Source: Pseudidiomarina sp.
GTDB lineage: Bacteria; Pseudomonadota; Gammaproteobacteria; Enterobacterales; Alteromonadaceae
DNA: 64,000 bases
Assembly: GCF_048268165.1 (NCBI RefSeq)
Contig: NZ_JBLWWA010000001.1
Coordinates: forward strand, 526,134-590,133
Reading direction: 5' to 3'
The notes under the pieces were generated by a model, which was not told the origin of the DNA, searched no databases, and saw nothing but the letters and a program-made list of their open reading frames with translations. The translations under genes were made by a program, and so were the position numbers. Numbering within the stretch: the first letter of the stretch is position 1; each line of letters starts with the position of its first letter. Positions 30,930 to 41,389 of this stretch are shown here, piece by piece.

Positions 30930-31322
30930 TCAATTAGTTTCGGTGGCAAATTCAAATTGGTAAACCCCCTGCTCGTTTCCAGCGGCAGTTTGCCATGGAA
31001 TGCTAACCCGCCAGAGCATTGATGGCTCAGTACATGCACCTAACTGGAATTTTGCCTGCCATTGTGTCGCGCTTATCCGCGACACGCGAACCGGCATGTA
31101 GCCCATATACATATTCACGCCTTCAACGCGTCCATGGCCCAGTCGAAACGCTTCAGGTGCTTCAAAAACCACAAGTATTTCCTGCTCCACCCGAGGTTGA
31201 TCAGGATCAATTTTATGGAAGATTTTTTTATTTGAACTATCCTCAACCTTGTGCGCTCGCTGTTCACAAGCGGTTAACATAACAAGGCTACAAAGCACGA
31301 AAATAAAGACCATACGTTTCAT
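30930..31322 (-). CDS. Hypothetical lipoprotein divergent from ccoN
   Basis: Lipobox LTAC after a hydrophobic stretch, with EGVNMYMGYMP and LGACTEPSMLW motifs. Confidence 0.75.
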   Translation of the reverse strand: MKRMVFIFVLCSLVMLTACEQRAHKVEDSSNKKIFHKIDPDQPRVEQEILVVFEAPEAFRLGHGRVEGVNMYMGYMPVRVSRISATQWQAKFQLGACTEPSMLWRVSIPWQTAAGNEQGVYQFEFATETN

Positions 31323-31546
31323 GTGGGTATAAATAACCTTAAATTAGGAAATAAAATAGTTGTCTAAAAATTCGCCAAGCGCCTGTATAGCGCGCATTTT
31401 TCCTGTTTTCAGCCTATTTTTCTTGCTGTAAAAATCGTAAAATAACGGCGTTTGTCAAACTACCGACATGGGAACCGACAGGCAACCTTATTATATGTCA
31501 CGTTACTCTGTCCTAAACTTTCAGAGCATCAACGCGGAAAACAAAA

Positions 31547-33010
31547 ATGAGCCAAACGAATCCACTACAGATTGAATATAACCTAAAGGTTGTAAGGCAG
31601 TTCGCCATTATGACCGTTATTTGGGGAATCATTGGCATGACAGTGGGCGTATTTATTGCTGCCCAGCTGATCTGGCCAGAATTAAACTTTGACACGCCTT
31701 GGCTAACCTATTCCAGGTTACGTCCATTGCATACCAACGCGGTGATTTTTGCATTTGGTACATCGGCGCTAATAGGAACATCGTTTTATATTGTTCAAAA
31801 GACTTGTAAAACTGCGTTGTTCTCGAACAAGCTTGCAAGCTTCGTTTTCTGGGGTTGGCAAACGGTAATCATCCTTGCGGTAATTACCCTACCTATGGGC
31901 TTAACCAGTTCAAAAGAATATGCTGAACTTGAGTGGCCAATTGATATCTTGATAACGCTGGTTTGGGTTGCCTACATCATCGTATTTTTTGGTACCTTGG
32001 TTAAGCGTAACACCTCACATATTTATGTCGCCAACTGGTTTTACGGTGGGTTTATTGTCACCATCGCAGTGCTACACATTGTGAACAGCATGGCGGTGCC
32101 GGTTTCCTTTACCAAGTCGTATAGCTTATATGCAGGCTCAGTGGATGCCATGGTGCAGTGGTGGTACGGCCACAACGCGGTAGGCTTCCTGCTTACGGCT
32201 GGCTTCTTAGGCATGATGTACTATTTCGTACCAAAGCAAGCTGAACGTCCAGTGTATTCATACCGTTTGTCCGTTGTTCACTTCTGGGCATTGATTTCAC
32301 TGTATATATGGGCAGGTCCTCACCACTTGCACTACACCGCCTTGCCTGACTGGGCTCAGTCACTGGGCATGGTTATGTCGGTAATTCTATTCGTGCCTTC
32401 ATGGGGTGGTATGATCAACGGTATCATGACCTTATCTGGTGCATGGCATAAGCTTAAAACCGATCCAATTTTGCGCTTCCTGATCGTTTCGCTGTCATTT
32501 TATGGCATGTCGACCTTTGAAGGCCCGATGATGGCAATTAAATCGGTGAATGCGCTATCGCATTATACCGACTGGACAATTGGCCACGTGCACTCGGGCG
32601 CCCTGGGTTGGGTTGCAATGATTACTATCGGCTCGTTGTATTATTTGATTCCACGCTTATGGAACCAAACGCAAATGCACAACGTACGTTGGATTAACAT
32701 TCACTTCTGGTTGCATACCATAGGTGTGGTGCTTTATATCGTTGCACTATGGATTTCAGGCGTAATGCAAGGTCTGATGTGGCGTGCAGTAAATGCGACT
32801 GACGGTACGCTTACCTACAGCTTCGTAGAGAGCGTCGTGGCGTCCTATCCGTTCTGGTTCATCCGCTTTGTTGGTGGCCTGTTTATCGTAGCGGGTATGG
32901 TATTAATGGCGGTTAACGTATATCGCACCGTTCGCGCCGGCAAGCCAACTGTTGAGTATGTTGAAGCAGTTGACCATACACCTGCCCCAGCAGCTACTCA
33001 GTCAGCGTAA
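31547..33010 (+). CDS. ccoN: cbb3-type cytochrome c oxidase subunit I
   Basis: [31 protein letters not shown] and [13 protein letters not shown] metal-ligand motifs. Confidence 0.98.
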   Translation: MSQTNPLQIEYNLKVVRQFAIMTVIWGIIGMTVGVFIAAQLIWPELNFDTPWLTYSRLRPLHTNAVIFAFGTSALIGTSFYIVQKTCKTALFSNKLASFVFWGWQTVIILAVITLPMGLTSSKEYAELEWPIDILITLVWVAYIIVFFGTLVKRNTSHIYVANWFYGGFIVTIAVLHIVNSMAVPVSFTKSYSLYAGSVDAMVQWWYGHNAVGFLLTAGFLGMMYYFVPKQAERPVYSYRLSVVHFWALISLYIWAGPHHLHYTALPDWAQSLGMVMSVILFVPSWGGMINGIMTLSGAWHKLKTDPILRFLIVSLSFYGMSTFEGPMMAIKSVNALSHYTDWTIGHVHSGALGWVAMITIGSLYYLIPRLWNQTQMHNVRWINIHFWLHTIGVVLYIVALWISGVMQGLMWRAVNATDGTLTYSFVESVVASYPFWFIRFVGGLFIVAGMVLMAVNVYRTVRAGKPTVEYVEAVDHTPAPAATQSA

Positions 33011-33022
33011 GGAGTCGATTCA

Positions 33023-33643
33023 ATGAGCAAAAACATTAAACATGATTTCGTTGAAAAGCGCGTTGGTTGGTTAGCAGTATTAATGACTATTGCTATTTCA
33101 ATCGGCGGCTTGGTCGAGATCACGCCACTGTTATTCCAAAAGCAAACCAACGAACCGGTAATTGGTCTGAAACCTTATACTGCGTTGGAAATGGAAGGTC
33201 GTGACGTGTACATCCGTGAAGGGTGTAACAACTGTCACAGCCAGATGATTCGTCCATTTCGCTCAGAAACGGAGCGCTATGGGCACTACTCGCTCGCGGG
33301 TGAGCACGTTTGGGAACGCCCTTTCTTGTGGGGCTCTAAGCGAACAGGGCCTGACCTTGCTCGTGTTGGCGGTCGGTACAGCGATGAATGGCACTACGTT
33401 CACTTAATGAATCCGCGTGATGTGGTTCCTGAATCAAATATGCCGGGCTTCCCATGGCTTGCTGAAAATACGCTTGATGGCGAATTAACAGCGAAAAAAC
33501 TCGAAGTATTCCGTTCATTTGGAGTTCCTTACACCGACGAAGATATCGCTGGTGCGAAGGTAGCAGTGCAAGGCAAAACCGAAATGGAAGCCTTAATTGC
33601 TTATCTGCAAGTGCTTGGAACTGGCTTGACGCAGGCTAAGTAA
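33023..33643 (+). CDS. ccoO: cbb3 oxidase subunit II (monohaem)
   Basis: [20 protein letters not shown] and [14 protein letters not shown]. Confidence 0.97.
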   Translation: MSKNIKHDFVEKRVGWLAVLMTIAISIGGLVEITPLLFQKQTNEPVIGLKPYTALEMEGRDVYIREGCNNCHSQMIRPFRSETERYGHYSLAGEHVWERPFLWGSKRTGPDLARVGGRYSDEWHYVHLMNPRDVVPESNMPGFPWLAENTLDGELTAKKLEVFRSFGVPYTDEDIAGAKVAVQGKTEMEALIAYLQVLGTGLTQAK

Positions 33644-33644
33644 G

Positions 33645-33836
33645 ATGGACTACATTACTTGGCGTAGTTTTTACACCGTTTTAGTTTTCGTACTGTTCAT
33701 TGGTGTAGTTTGGTGGGCGTTCAGTAAAGGTCAAAAGAAGCGTTTTGACGAAGCGGCCAACTCTATTTTTGACGAAGATAAAAAATCGTCAGTAACCAAG
33801 GACACTACTAAACAGGAGTCGAAGAATAATGAGTAG
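33645..33836 (+). CDS. ccoQ: cbb3 oxidase subunit IV
   Basis: Single TM followed by KKRFDEAA, between ccoO and ccoP. Confidence 0.9.
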   Translation: MDYITWRSFYTVLVFVLFIGVVWWAFSKGQKKRFDEAANSIFDEDKKSSVTKDTTKQESKNNE

Positions 33837-34776
33837 CTTCTGGAGTGCATGGATAATTGTGCTAACTTTGGCCTTCTTGGTCGGTATCATCTGGCTGCTT
33901 CGCTGGAATATGACCAATTATACCGGGATCAAAGAAGGCGAATTAATGGACCACGAGTTTGATGGTATCGTGGAAATCAACAACCCGATGCCACGTTGGT
34001 GGACGATATTGTTCTGGATCACTATCGTGTGGGGCTTCCTCTATTTGGCATTGTATCCGGGCTTGGGTAACTTCGCTGGCCTGCTAGGCTGGAGCAGTTC
34101 AAATCAGGATGTACGTTCTTTAGAAGAGTCAAAACAAGCAACTGAAGCAGCACGTGAAGCTGGTTTAATTGTCGAGTACGACCGCCAAATTGATCAAGCC
34201 GAAGAAAAGTTTGGCCCAGTCTTTGCGGCCCTTTCTGAGCGTTCTATTGAAGAACTCTCGCAGGACCCTGAAGCGGTTAAAATTGGTCAACGTCTGTTTA
34301 TCCAAAACTGTGCGCAGTGTCATGGTTCAAATGCTATGGGCGGTAAAGGCTTCCCTAACCTGACTGACGACGATTGGCTTTACGGTGGCACCCCTGCTGC
34401 TATTAAACAGTCGTTAATTGCCGGTCGTAACGGTATGATGCCAGCGCAAAGCCAGTTCAATGAGCAACAGATAACCGAGCTCGCTACGTATGTTATTAGC
34501 CTAAGTGGTCGTAAAGTTGACCCTGAGCTTGCTAAAGCGGGTGAAGCTAACTTTGCGGTTTGCTCTGCATGTCATGGCCAGGATGGTAAAGGCAATCAAG
34601 CGCTTGGTGCGCCAAACTTAACCGACAACATATGGTTATATGGCGGCTCACAAAGCACTATTGAAGAAACCTTACGTAATGGTCGTAACGGTGTTATGCC
34701 AGCATGGAAAGATATTCTCGGAGAGGATAAAATTCATGTCATAAGTTCGTATGTTTACGGGCTGTCGCAGGACTAA
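33829..34776 (+). CDS. ccoP: cbb3 oxidase subunit III (dihaem)
   Basis: HEFDGIVEINNPMPRWW and two CxxCH motifs (CAQCH, CSACH). Confidence 0.97.
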   Translation: MSSFWSAWIIVLTLAFLVGIIWLLRWNMTNYTGIKEGELMDHEFDGIVEINNPMPRWWTILFWITIVWGFLYLALYPGLGNFAGLLGWSSSNQDVRSLEESKQATEAAREAGLIVEYDRQIDQAEEKFGPVFAALSERSIEELSQDPEAVKIGQRLFIQNCAQCHGSNAMGGKGFPNLTDDDWLYGGTPAAIKQSLIAGRNGMMPAQSQFNEQQITELATYVISLSGRKVDPELAKAGEANFAVCSACHGQDGKGNQALGAPNLTDNIWLYGGSQSTIEETLRNGRNGVMPAWKDILGEDKIHVISSYVYGLSQD

Positions 34777-34783
34777 ACAAAAG

Positions 34784-34806
34784 ACCCCGCTGCTGCGGGG
34801 TTTTTT
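34784..34806 (+). terminator. Intrinsic terminator after ccoP
   Basis: ACCCCGC-tgct-GCGGGGT followed by a T-run. Confidence 0.85.
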
Positions 34807-34840
34807 CTTTTATATCGAATTAAATTGAGGGTAACGTCGC

Positions 34841-35338
34841 ATGGAAAAACCTTGGTATAAGCAGTTTTGGCCGTGGTTCCTAATGCTCATTCCGTTTTCA
34901 GTTATCATAGCGATGATTATTACACTGACCATCGCGAGCGGCTATGGCGATAACCCGATGGTTGTTGACGATTACTACAAGAAAGGCCGCGGCATTAATA
35001 CGCAAGTTGAGAAAGTTCAAGCCGCCCAAGCGCTCAATATTGAATTTGCCTTTAATCAGAACGATAAACAATTCACATTGGCTTACACGAGCGGTGCCCC
35101 CAGCCAATTGACTGCATTGAAAGTGAATTTCTACCACAGCACCTTGGCAGAAAAAGATTTCTCGGTAACCTTAACCGCAGATGGTCAGGGGCTTTACCGC
35201 GGTGAGATGCTCAACAATCAAGAAGGCAAATGGACCATTACTATCACGCCTTTCGATAACAGTTGGCGTGTTTCACAGCAAGTAAATCTACCCGCCTACC
35301 GTGAGCTTGCAATTAAACCGTTAACCTACGGCGTATAA
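34841..35338 (+). CDS. ccoH: FixH/CcoH assembly protein
   Basis: KPWYKQFWPWFL and VVDDYYKKGRGIN typical of FixH. Confidence 0.9.
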   Translation: MEKPWYKQFWPWFLMLIPFSVIIAMIITLTIASGYGDNPMVVDDYYKKGRGINTQVEKVQAAQALNIEFAFNQNDKQFTLAYTSGAPSQLTALKVNFYHSTLAEKDFSVTLTADGQGLYRGEMLNNQEGKWTITITPFDNSWRVSQQVNLPAYRELAIKPLTYGV

Positions 35339-35341
35339 TGC

Positions 35342-37780
35342 ATGAGTGCATCGTTACCACAGCCACCAGAAGGCCAATGCTTCCATTGTTTGCAGCCACT
35401 GCCGAGTGATGGTGGTTACAGCGTAACGATTGATGATCAAAACTATTCAGTTTGCTGCTACGGCTGCCAGGCTGTAGCAGAAACTATTGCGCAACAAAAT
35501 TTACTGCACTTTTATCAATATCGAGATACCAGCAACCCACTTCAGGTGCCTTTGGTTCCGGAAGAATTGCAACAACTTAAAGCTTACGACGACACCGAGT
35601 TACAAAAGCAATTCACACGCGAAACTGACGGAATACGGACCATTAGCTTATCCCTTGAAGGCATGACTTGCTCTGCCTGTGCGTGGTTAATCGAACAACA
35701 CGTGAAGCGCCTAGAAGGTGTTCAGCGCGTTCAGGTCAATGCCACCACCGAGCGTGTGCAAATTGCCTGGCGCAACGATCAGCTCCAGCTCAGCCAAATT
35801 CTTCAAGCAATTGCTGAACTTGGTTATCGCGCTTTGCCATTTCAGTCAGCAACGCAAGAACAGGCTTTTAAAAAACGCCGACGCTACTTTGTTACGCGCC
35901 TAGGCGTTGCTGGCATCGCCACCATGCAAGTCATGATGCTAGCAATTGGCCTTTACTTCGGGGTTGTCAGTGATCTTGACCCGCAGTTGCGTCAGTTTAT
36001 GTGGTGGATAAGCCTATTTATGGCAACACCGGTATTACTTTATAGTGCGCAACCCTTCTATATCGGCGCTATTCGCAGCATTCAAGCCGGTCAACCCAAC
36101 ATGGATGTCCCGGTCACAGTTGCTCTGTTATCAGCATACGGTGCAAGCGCATACGCAACCTTCATAAACCAAGGTGAAGTGTATTTTGAATCGGTGGCGA
36201 TGTTTACCTTCTTTTTGCTGGTTGGCCGTTACTTTGAATTGTTAGCCCGTCAGAAAGCAATTAGCGCTTCAGCCAATTTGGTTAAACTGCTTCCAGCCAT
36301 CGCTCAACGCGAAGATAGCACAGCAAGGCTAACCTCTGTGCCAGTCAGCCAGCTACAAATTGGTGATATCATTCAAGTGCTTCCTGGCGCCACCATCCCT
36401 GCTGATGGCGAGCTACTGACGCAGCAAGCAGGCGTGAATGAAAGTCTGTTAACAGGCGAAAGCCGCTTGATCACGAAACGCGAAAGTGACCCCGTGCTTG
36501 CCGGCAGTATTAATAAAACGCAGCCGATTCGCGTTAAGGTCACGACAACCCAGCAAGAAACCGTGTTAGCGAGTATTATTGAGCTACAAGACTTAGCCTT
36601 ATCACGCAAGCCGAAACTGGCGCGTGTGGCCGAGCGCATGGCCAGTAAATTTGTTGTGCGCATATTAATGCTAGCCGCCGCAACCTTCTTAATCTGGACG
36701 GTAATCGACCCTGCACAAGCGTTTTGGGTGACCTTATCGGTGCTTGTAGCCACCTGTCCATGCGCGCTCGCTTTAGCTGCCCCTACCGCCGTTACCGGCG
36801 CTATTCATAAGTTGAATAAATCAGGAATTTTGCTGCGTAATGCGGACGTGTTGCAGTTACTACCTGACGTTAAAACCATCTTTGTCGATAAAACGGGCAC
36901 CTTAACCACCGGTGAGTTTTCACTGCAAAGCACGCACTTCCATAATTCAGAGCACCAACCTGAGGCGATTAAAGCCTTGGTTCAAACCTTAGAACTTACC
37001 TCTGAGCATCCGCTTGCAGCGCCACTGCAGCAACTAACCGATCAACAAGCCCAGGTGTCTGCTGTGCACCACGAACAAGGGCTCGGTATTGAAGCGAGTT
37101 GGACGCCACAGTCGGTAACAACAAACGCAGTGACGCCAGTTCGTCTCGGCAGCCTTCGTTACATTCAGCAATGGCACCCGACTTTCTCACCAAGATTAGA
37201 TTTGGCGCAAGTATTTGTTGCCACGCCAACGGCTGTGTTAGCTGAATTTTATGTTGGAGACAAATTACGCGACGACACCAAAACCGCCGTGCAAGCTCTG
37301 CAACAGGCTGATATTCGTGTCATTATGCTCACCGGAGATCGTGCCAACCTTGCAGCGCAAGTCGCTGAGCAGCTTGGTATTCAAGATGTATTTGCAGACT
37401 GCCTACCAGCGGATAAACTCACGCATTTAACCAAAGCTCAGCAGGACGGCCCAGTTGCCATGATCGGCGATGGTTTAAATGACGGCCCGGTGCTCGCTCA
37501 AGCCGATGTTTCAATTACCTTTGGCCATGCTGCTGACCTAGCGCGTACCGCATCGGATGTGGTACTGCTACGAAATCAATTTAGCGCATTACTGGAATTT
37601 CGCATGATCACCCAAAAGGCTCGGGCAATACTGCGACAAAATATACTATGGGCTTTAATTTACAATATTGGTATTCTGCCCGTTGCAATGGCAGGATTCG
37701 TGACACCTTATATTGCAGCCATCGGTATGTCAGCGAGCTCACTCATTGTATTGCTCAATTCACTTAGGTTATATCGCTAA
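35342..37780 (+). CDS. ccoI: CcoI/FixI copper-translocating P1B ATPase
   Basis: N-terminal CFHC…CCYGC, GMTCSAC HMA domain, TGES, ATCPCAL, DKTGTLT and GDGLND. Confidence 0.95.
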   Translation: MSASLPQPPEGQCFHCLQPLPSDGGYSVTIDDQNYSVCCYGCQAVAETIAQQNLLHFYQYRDTSNPLQVPLVPEELQQLKAYDDTELQKQFTRETDGIRTISLSLEGMTCSACAWLIEQHVKRLEGVQRVQVNATTERVQIAWRNDQLQLSQILQAIAELGYRALPFQSATQEQAFKKRRRYFVTRLGVAGIATMQVMMLAIGLYFGVVSDLDPQLRQFMWWISLFMATPVLLYSAQPFYIGAIRSIQAGQPNMDVPVTVALLSAYGASAYATFINQGEVYFESVAMFTFFLLVGRYFELLARQKAISASANLVKLLPAIAQREDSTARLTSVPVSQLQIGDIIQVLPGATIPADGELLTQQAGVNESLLTGESRLITKRESDPVLAGSINKTQPIRVKVTTTQQETVLASIIELQDLALSRKPKLARVAERMASKFVVRILMLAAATFLIWTVIDPAQAFWVTLSVLVATCPCALALAAPTAVTGAIHKLNKSGILLRNADVLQLLPDVKTIFVDKTGTLTTGEFSLQSTHFHNSEHQPEAIKALVQTLELTSEHPLAAPLQQLTDQQAQVSAVHHEQGLGIEASWTPQSVTTNAVTPVRLGSLRYIQQWHPTFSPRLDLAQVFVATPTAVLAEFYVGDKLRDDTKTAVQALQQADIRVIMLTGDRANLAAQVAEQLGIQDVFADCLPADKLTHLTKAQQDGPVAMIGDGLNDGPVLAQADVSITFGHAADLARTASDVVLLRNQFSALLEFRMITQKARAILRQNILWALIYNIGILPVAMAGFVTPYIAAIGMSASSLIVLLNSLRLYR

Positions 37781-37962
37781 TGGACAGTCTTTACGTTTTA
37801 ATACCCATCGCAATTCTCTTCGTACTTATAGCGGTTGGCGTTTTCTTGTGGGCCGTTCGTAGTGACCAATTTGAAGACCTCGAACGCCAGGGCATGAACA
37901 TATTGCTCGACGACCAACCGCAAAAAAAGAAACCTGAGAAGTCGGAACCCGATGAGCATTGA
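37780..37962 (+). CDS. ccoS: cbb3 assembly protein CcoS/FixS
   Basis: TM segment plus WAVRSDQFEDLE. Confidence 0.92.
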   Translation: MDSLYVLIPIAILFVLIAVGVFLWAVRSDQFEDLERQGMNILLDDQPQKKKPEKSEPDEH

Positions 37963-38611
37963 TATTTTTGCCGCAGTACTCATGGGGCTAGCCGGCGCTG
38001 GGCATTGCATCATGATGTGTGGCGGTATTGCGGGGGCTTTTGCGGGCCGCATAACCACCTTTCAACTGTTGATCTATAACATCGGTCGCATTGTGTCTTA
38101 CAGCATTGCAGGGGCGCTTATTGGTGCCGCCGTTGGCAGCCTAGCAGGGTTTGCTGAGAATGGTTTAATTGGATTGCGAATTTTTGCTGCATTCATTCTT
38201 ATCTTGTTTGGTCTCTATCTTGGGCAGTGGTGGTTCGGGCTACGCTACCTTGAGCGCTTAGGACAACCCCTATGGCGTCAGCTACAACCCCTTGCGGCGC
38301 GGATGCGAAAAAACCACTCCTACCCAATGCTATTTAGTGCCGGAATGCTATGGGGTTGGCTACCCTGCGGCTTGGTGTACAGCGCATTAAGTTGGGCCGC
38401 CGTCAGCGGCTCAGCCACGAATGGCGCACTTTACATGGCCGCTTTCGGTGTCGGTACGCTGCCTGCAATGTTTGCCTTTGGTTGGTTAAGTCATACCTTA
38501 CAGCAATTTCTTAAGTCCAAAGGTTTTCGACAACTGATGGGGGCGATAATGATCGTTTACGGCTTGTGGACATTGATTATTGCCTTGCGTCAATTACAAC
38601 TCATAAACTAA
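37952..38611 (+). CDS. DsbD_2 / TauE-SafE-like membrane protein of cco clusters
   Basis: GHCIMMCGG and GWLPCGLVY motifs with multiple TM segments. Confidence 0.88.
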   Translation: MSIDIFAAVLMGLAGAGHCIMMCGGIAGAFAGRITTFQLLIYNIGRIVSYSIAGALIGAAVGSLAGFAENGLIGLRIFAAFILILFGLYLGQWWFGLRYLERLGQPLWRQLQPLAARMRKNHSYPMLFSAGMLWGWLPCGLVYSALSWAAVSGSATNGALYMAAFGVGTLPAMFAFGWLSHTLQQFLKSKGFRQLMGAIMIVYGLWTLIIALRQLQLIN

Positions 38612-38678
38612 CTTGGCTGTTTAACCTTTTGTTAGCTAGACTTAAATCATTGAGTGACTGTTATAACAGAGGTGCACT

Positions 38679-39608
38679 ATGAGTTGCGTAACGAAAATTC
38701 TAGCTGTATTAGATGGCGATCGCCAACAGCAAAAAGCACTGAATCGAGCTCTTCATTTAGCGCGCATTAGTGGTGCCCATGTCACCTTTATGCTTTCTAT
38801 TTATGACTTCTCGTATGAAATGACCACCATGTTAGCGGCTGACGAGCGCAATAGTATGCGTGATAGTTTGATCACCGATCGGAAAGTTTGGGTTAAAGAT
38901 ATTCTCGAAGATTACAACACGCGCGACATCGACTACGACGTTAACATCTTATGGCACAACCGCCCATTTGAGGCCATCATTGAAACCGCCATGCAAGGCA
39001 ACTACGACATCATCGTTAAAGCCACACATGAGCACGAAGGCCTCGCTGCCCTTCTGTTCACGCCAACTGATTGGCATTTGCTACGCAAAGCACCGTGCAA
39101 AGTATTGTTGGTGAAAGAGCATGAATGGCCCGAACACGGCAAAATACTCGCAGCAATTCATACCACCGGTGAACATGAACACCATCGTTCTCTAAACCGC
39201 ATCGTTACTGAGGCTGCCCTACAGTTCGCACAATGCTTGCACAGTGACGTCCACTTGGTGAATGCATTTCCGGGCGCTCCCATTACAATCGCAGCGGAAA
39301 TTCCCGAGTTTGACACCACAAATTACCGCGAAACCATTCAAGAAAACCACAAAGTAGCCTTGGCTGAACATGCCATGCCTTTTCATATACCGCCGCAAAA
39401 TCAGCATGTTAGAGAGGGCTTGCCTGAACAGGTTATCCCAGAGTTGGCTGAAGAACTTGATGCTGAACTCGTTGTACTTGGAACCATCGGCCGTACAGGG
39501 TTTTCGGCTGCATTGCTGGGCAATACCGCTGAACACGTCATTGAGTCCATCAACTGTGATTTACTTGCAGTAAAACCGGAAGGATTTGTGTCGCCAATTA
39601 AGCTATAA
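38679..39608 (+). CDS. uspE: Universal stress protein E (tandem USP)
   Basis: [36 protein letters not shown] and [14 protein letters not shown]. Confidence 0.95.
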   Translation: MSCVTKILAVLDGDRQQQKALNRALHLARISGAHVTFMLSIYDFSYEMTTMLAADERNSMRDSLITDRKVWVKDILEDYNTRDIDYDVNILWHNRPFEAIIETAMQGNYDIIVKATHEHEGLAALLFTPTDWHLLRKAPCKVLLVKEHEWPEHGKILAAIHTTGEHEHHRSLNRIVTEAALQFAQCLHSDVHLVNAFPGAPITIAAEIPEFDTTNYRETIQENHKVALAEHAMPFHIPPQNQHVREGLPEQVIPELAEELDAELVVLGTIGRTGFSAALLGNTAEHVIESINCDLLAVKPEGFVSPIKL

Positions 39609-39646
39609 TCGCGGCCGCTTTTTTATCGGTTTCAGTGAAGGTGCTT

Positions 39647-40585
39647 ATGCGCGCAGAAAATAATACGGCTCAAGCTAATCAGCAAGGTTTTAACAAACTT
39701 AAAAAACGACTTCGCCGCTCAGTTGGGCAAGCCATTCAAGACTTCAATATGATTGAAGACGGCGATCGCATCATGGTGTGTTTATCGGGCGGCAAAGACA
39801 GTTATACCCTGCTTGATATTCTGCGTTTCATGCAACGGGTCGCCCCGATAAAGTTTGAGATTATTGCGGTAAACCTTGACCAGAAGCAACCCGGCTTTCC
39901 TGAGCATATTTTGCCGGAGTACCTGAAAAACGAAGGTGTTGATTTCCGCATTATCGAAGAAGACACCTACAGCATCGTTAAAGAAAAAATACCTGAAGGC
40001 AAAACCACGTGCTCGCTGTGTTCACGCCTGCGCCGTGGCATTTTATATCGTGTTGCAAGCGAGTTAGGTGCTACTAAGATTGCGCTTGGCCACCACCGGG
40101 ATGACATGCTCGAAACGCTTATGCTGAATATGTTTTACGGCGGTACGATTAAATCAATGCCACCCAAACTTGTAAGCGATAACGGTAAACACGTGGTCAT
40201 TCGCCCATTAGCCTACGCGCGCGAAAAGGACATTACCAACTATTCAGACTACATGGATTTCCCGATTATTCCCTGCAACTTGTGTGGATCGCAGGAAAAT
40301 CTTCAGCGTAAAGTGATTAAAGACTTGCTGAAACAATGGGATCGTCAGTATCCGGGGCGTATCGAAAGTATGGCGAGCGCACTGCAAAATGTTGTGCCTT
40401 CGCATTTGGCGGACACCGCATTGTTTGGATTCAAATCAATTCAAGCAACCGGTGAGGAGAACAGTGATGGCGATACTGCGTTTGATCACAGCACGCCAGC
40501 CACTTTTCTGAATTATCGCGATGAAGAAGACAGCCAGGATTTAGTTGATAAATCCGGCGTTATTCGGGTGCTGAATTTAAGTTAG
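39647..40585 (+). CDS. ttcA: tRNA 2-thiocytidine(32) synthetase
   Basis: SGGKDS PP-loop, [16 protein letters not shown] and CNLCGSQ. Start ATG 39647 or GTG 39635. Confidence 0.96.
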   Translation: MRAENNTAQANQQGFNKLKKRLRRSVGQAIQDFNMIEDGDRIMVCLSGGKDSYTLLDILRFMQRVAPIKFEIIAVNLDQKQPGFPEHILPEYLKNEGVDFRIIEEDTYSIVKEKIPEGKTTCSLCSRLRRGILYRVASELGATKIALGHHRDDMLETLMLNMFYGGTIKSMPPKLVSDNGKHVVIRPLAYAREKDITNYSDYMDFPIIPCNLCGSQENLQRKVIKDLLKQWDRQYPGRIESMASALQNVVPSHLADTALFGFKSIQATGEENSDGDTAFDHSTPATFLNYRDEEDSQDLVDKSGVIRVLNLS

Positions 40586-41387
40586 GCTCAAGCACATCGA
40601 CAATTATCGGGCGATTAACACGTATCATAGAATTTAATTCATGAATGTAATCTTCGCCCCGCTCCGAATAGCTCAACAACCCTGGCGTAAGGTCTAATGC
40701 TCTTACGTCAGCACCAGCACTCCGTCGCTCTGCCCGCAGTCGGCGCAAGTCAAAGTACGCAGGGTGCGTATTTATGTTGCGTAAGTAACTACGTACCGAG
40801 GCATTGACTGAATCAAACTTACGCACTTCATGGTTCATACCATCCACGCGCGAGTCCGGCACCAAACCACATCCCGGAGAAAAACACCACTGACCGAAGA
40901 AGTTCAGCGCATCGAGGGCAAAACGTGAGGTGCCCCACCCCGATTCGTTAGCAGCTTGCACCAAGACCAAAGCTTCAGGCACCACGTCTACGCGGCGCAT
41001 CAGCACTCCAAACGTTGCCTCTAAATCATTATAATCAACTTCGACATTGTAACGCGAAGCAATCGCTTCGAGTTGCTGGCGCTGCTGCTTATTCAATTTT
41101 GTGCCGCTTTTCGTGATGTTCTCAAGTTGAAGTGCGCGATTTCGCTCCGCTTCAATTTTTGCGTTTTCAGCTGTAACGATAGGCGCCAAATAACCAAAGA
41201 AGGCCTGTTTTTTATCCCGCACGTCGGCAAAGGCATTAAAATTAGGAACTTCGGTTATAGTTGGCACAGCAACCACAGCCTCACTGACTACTTGTTCGGA
41301 GTATTCCGCTTTATCATGGAATAAGGTTGGCAACCAGATTGCCAACGCCACCAATAAAACCGCAAAACTCCATCCCAAAAATCGCAT
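40560..41387 (-). CDS. Glucosaminidase-domain (GH73/Bax-like) protein
   Basis: N-terminal [21 protein letters not shown]…NFFGQWC, NTHPAY and YSERG..Y. Overlaps the ttcA 3' end by 26 bp. Confidence 0.85.
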   Translation of the reverse strand: MRFLGWSFAVLLVALAIWLPTLFHDKAEYSEQVVSEAVVAVPTITEVPNFNAFADVRDKKQAFFGYLAPIVTAENAKIEAERNRALQLENITKSGTKLNKQQRQQLEAIASRYNVEVDYNDLEATFGVLMRRVDVVPEALVLVQAANESGWGTSRFALDALNFFGQWCFSPGCGLVPDSRVDGMNHEVRKFDSVNASVRSYLRNINTHPAYFDLRRLRAERRSAGADVRALDLTPGLLSYSERGEDYIHELNSMIRVNRPIIVDVLEPNLNSAPE

Positions 41388-41389
41388 AG

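Noticed and set aside
34776-34841. Absence of ccoG between ccoP and ccoH
   Set aside because: As I recall, ccoG is also separate from this cluster in Shewanella and Vibrio, so this is ordinary.
38637-38650. Degenerate FNR-like box TAGAC-TTAA-ATCAT before uspE
   Set aside because: Only 7/10 match in an AT-rich spacer, which is not distinguishable from chance by eye.
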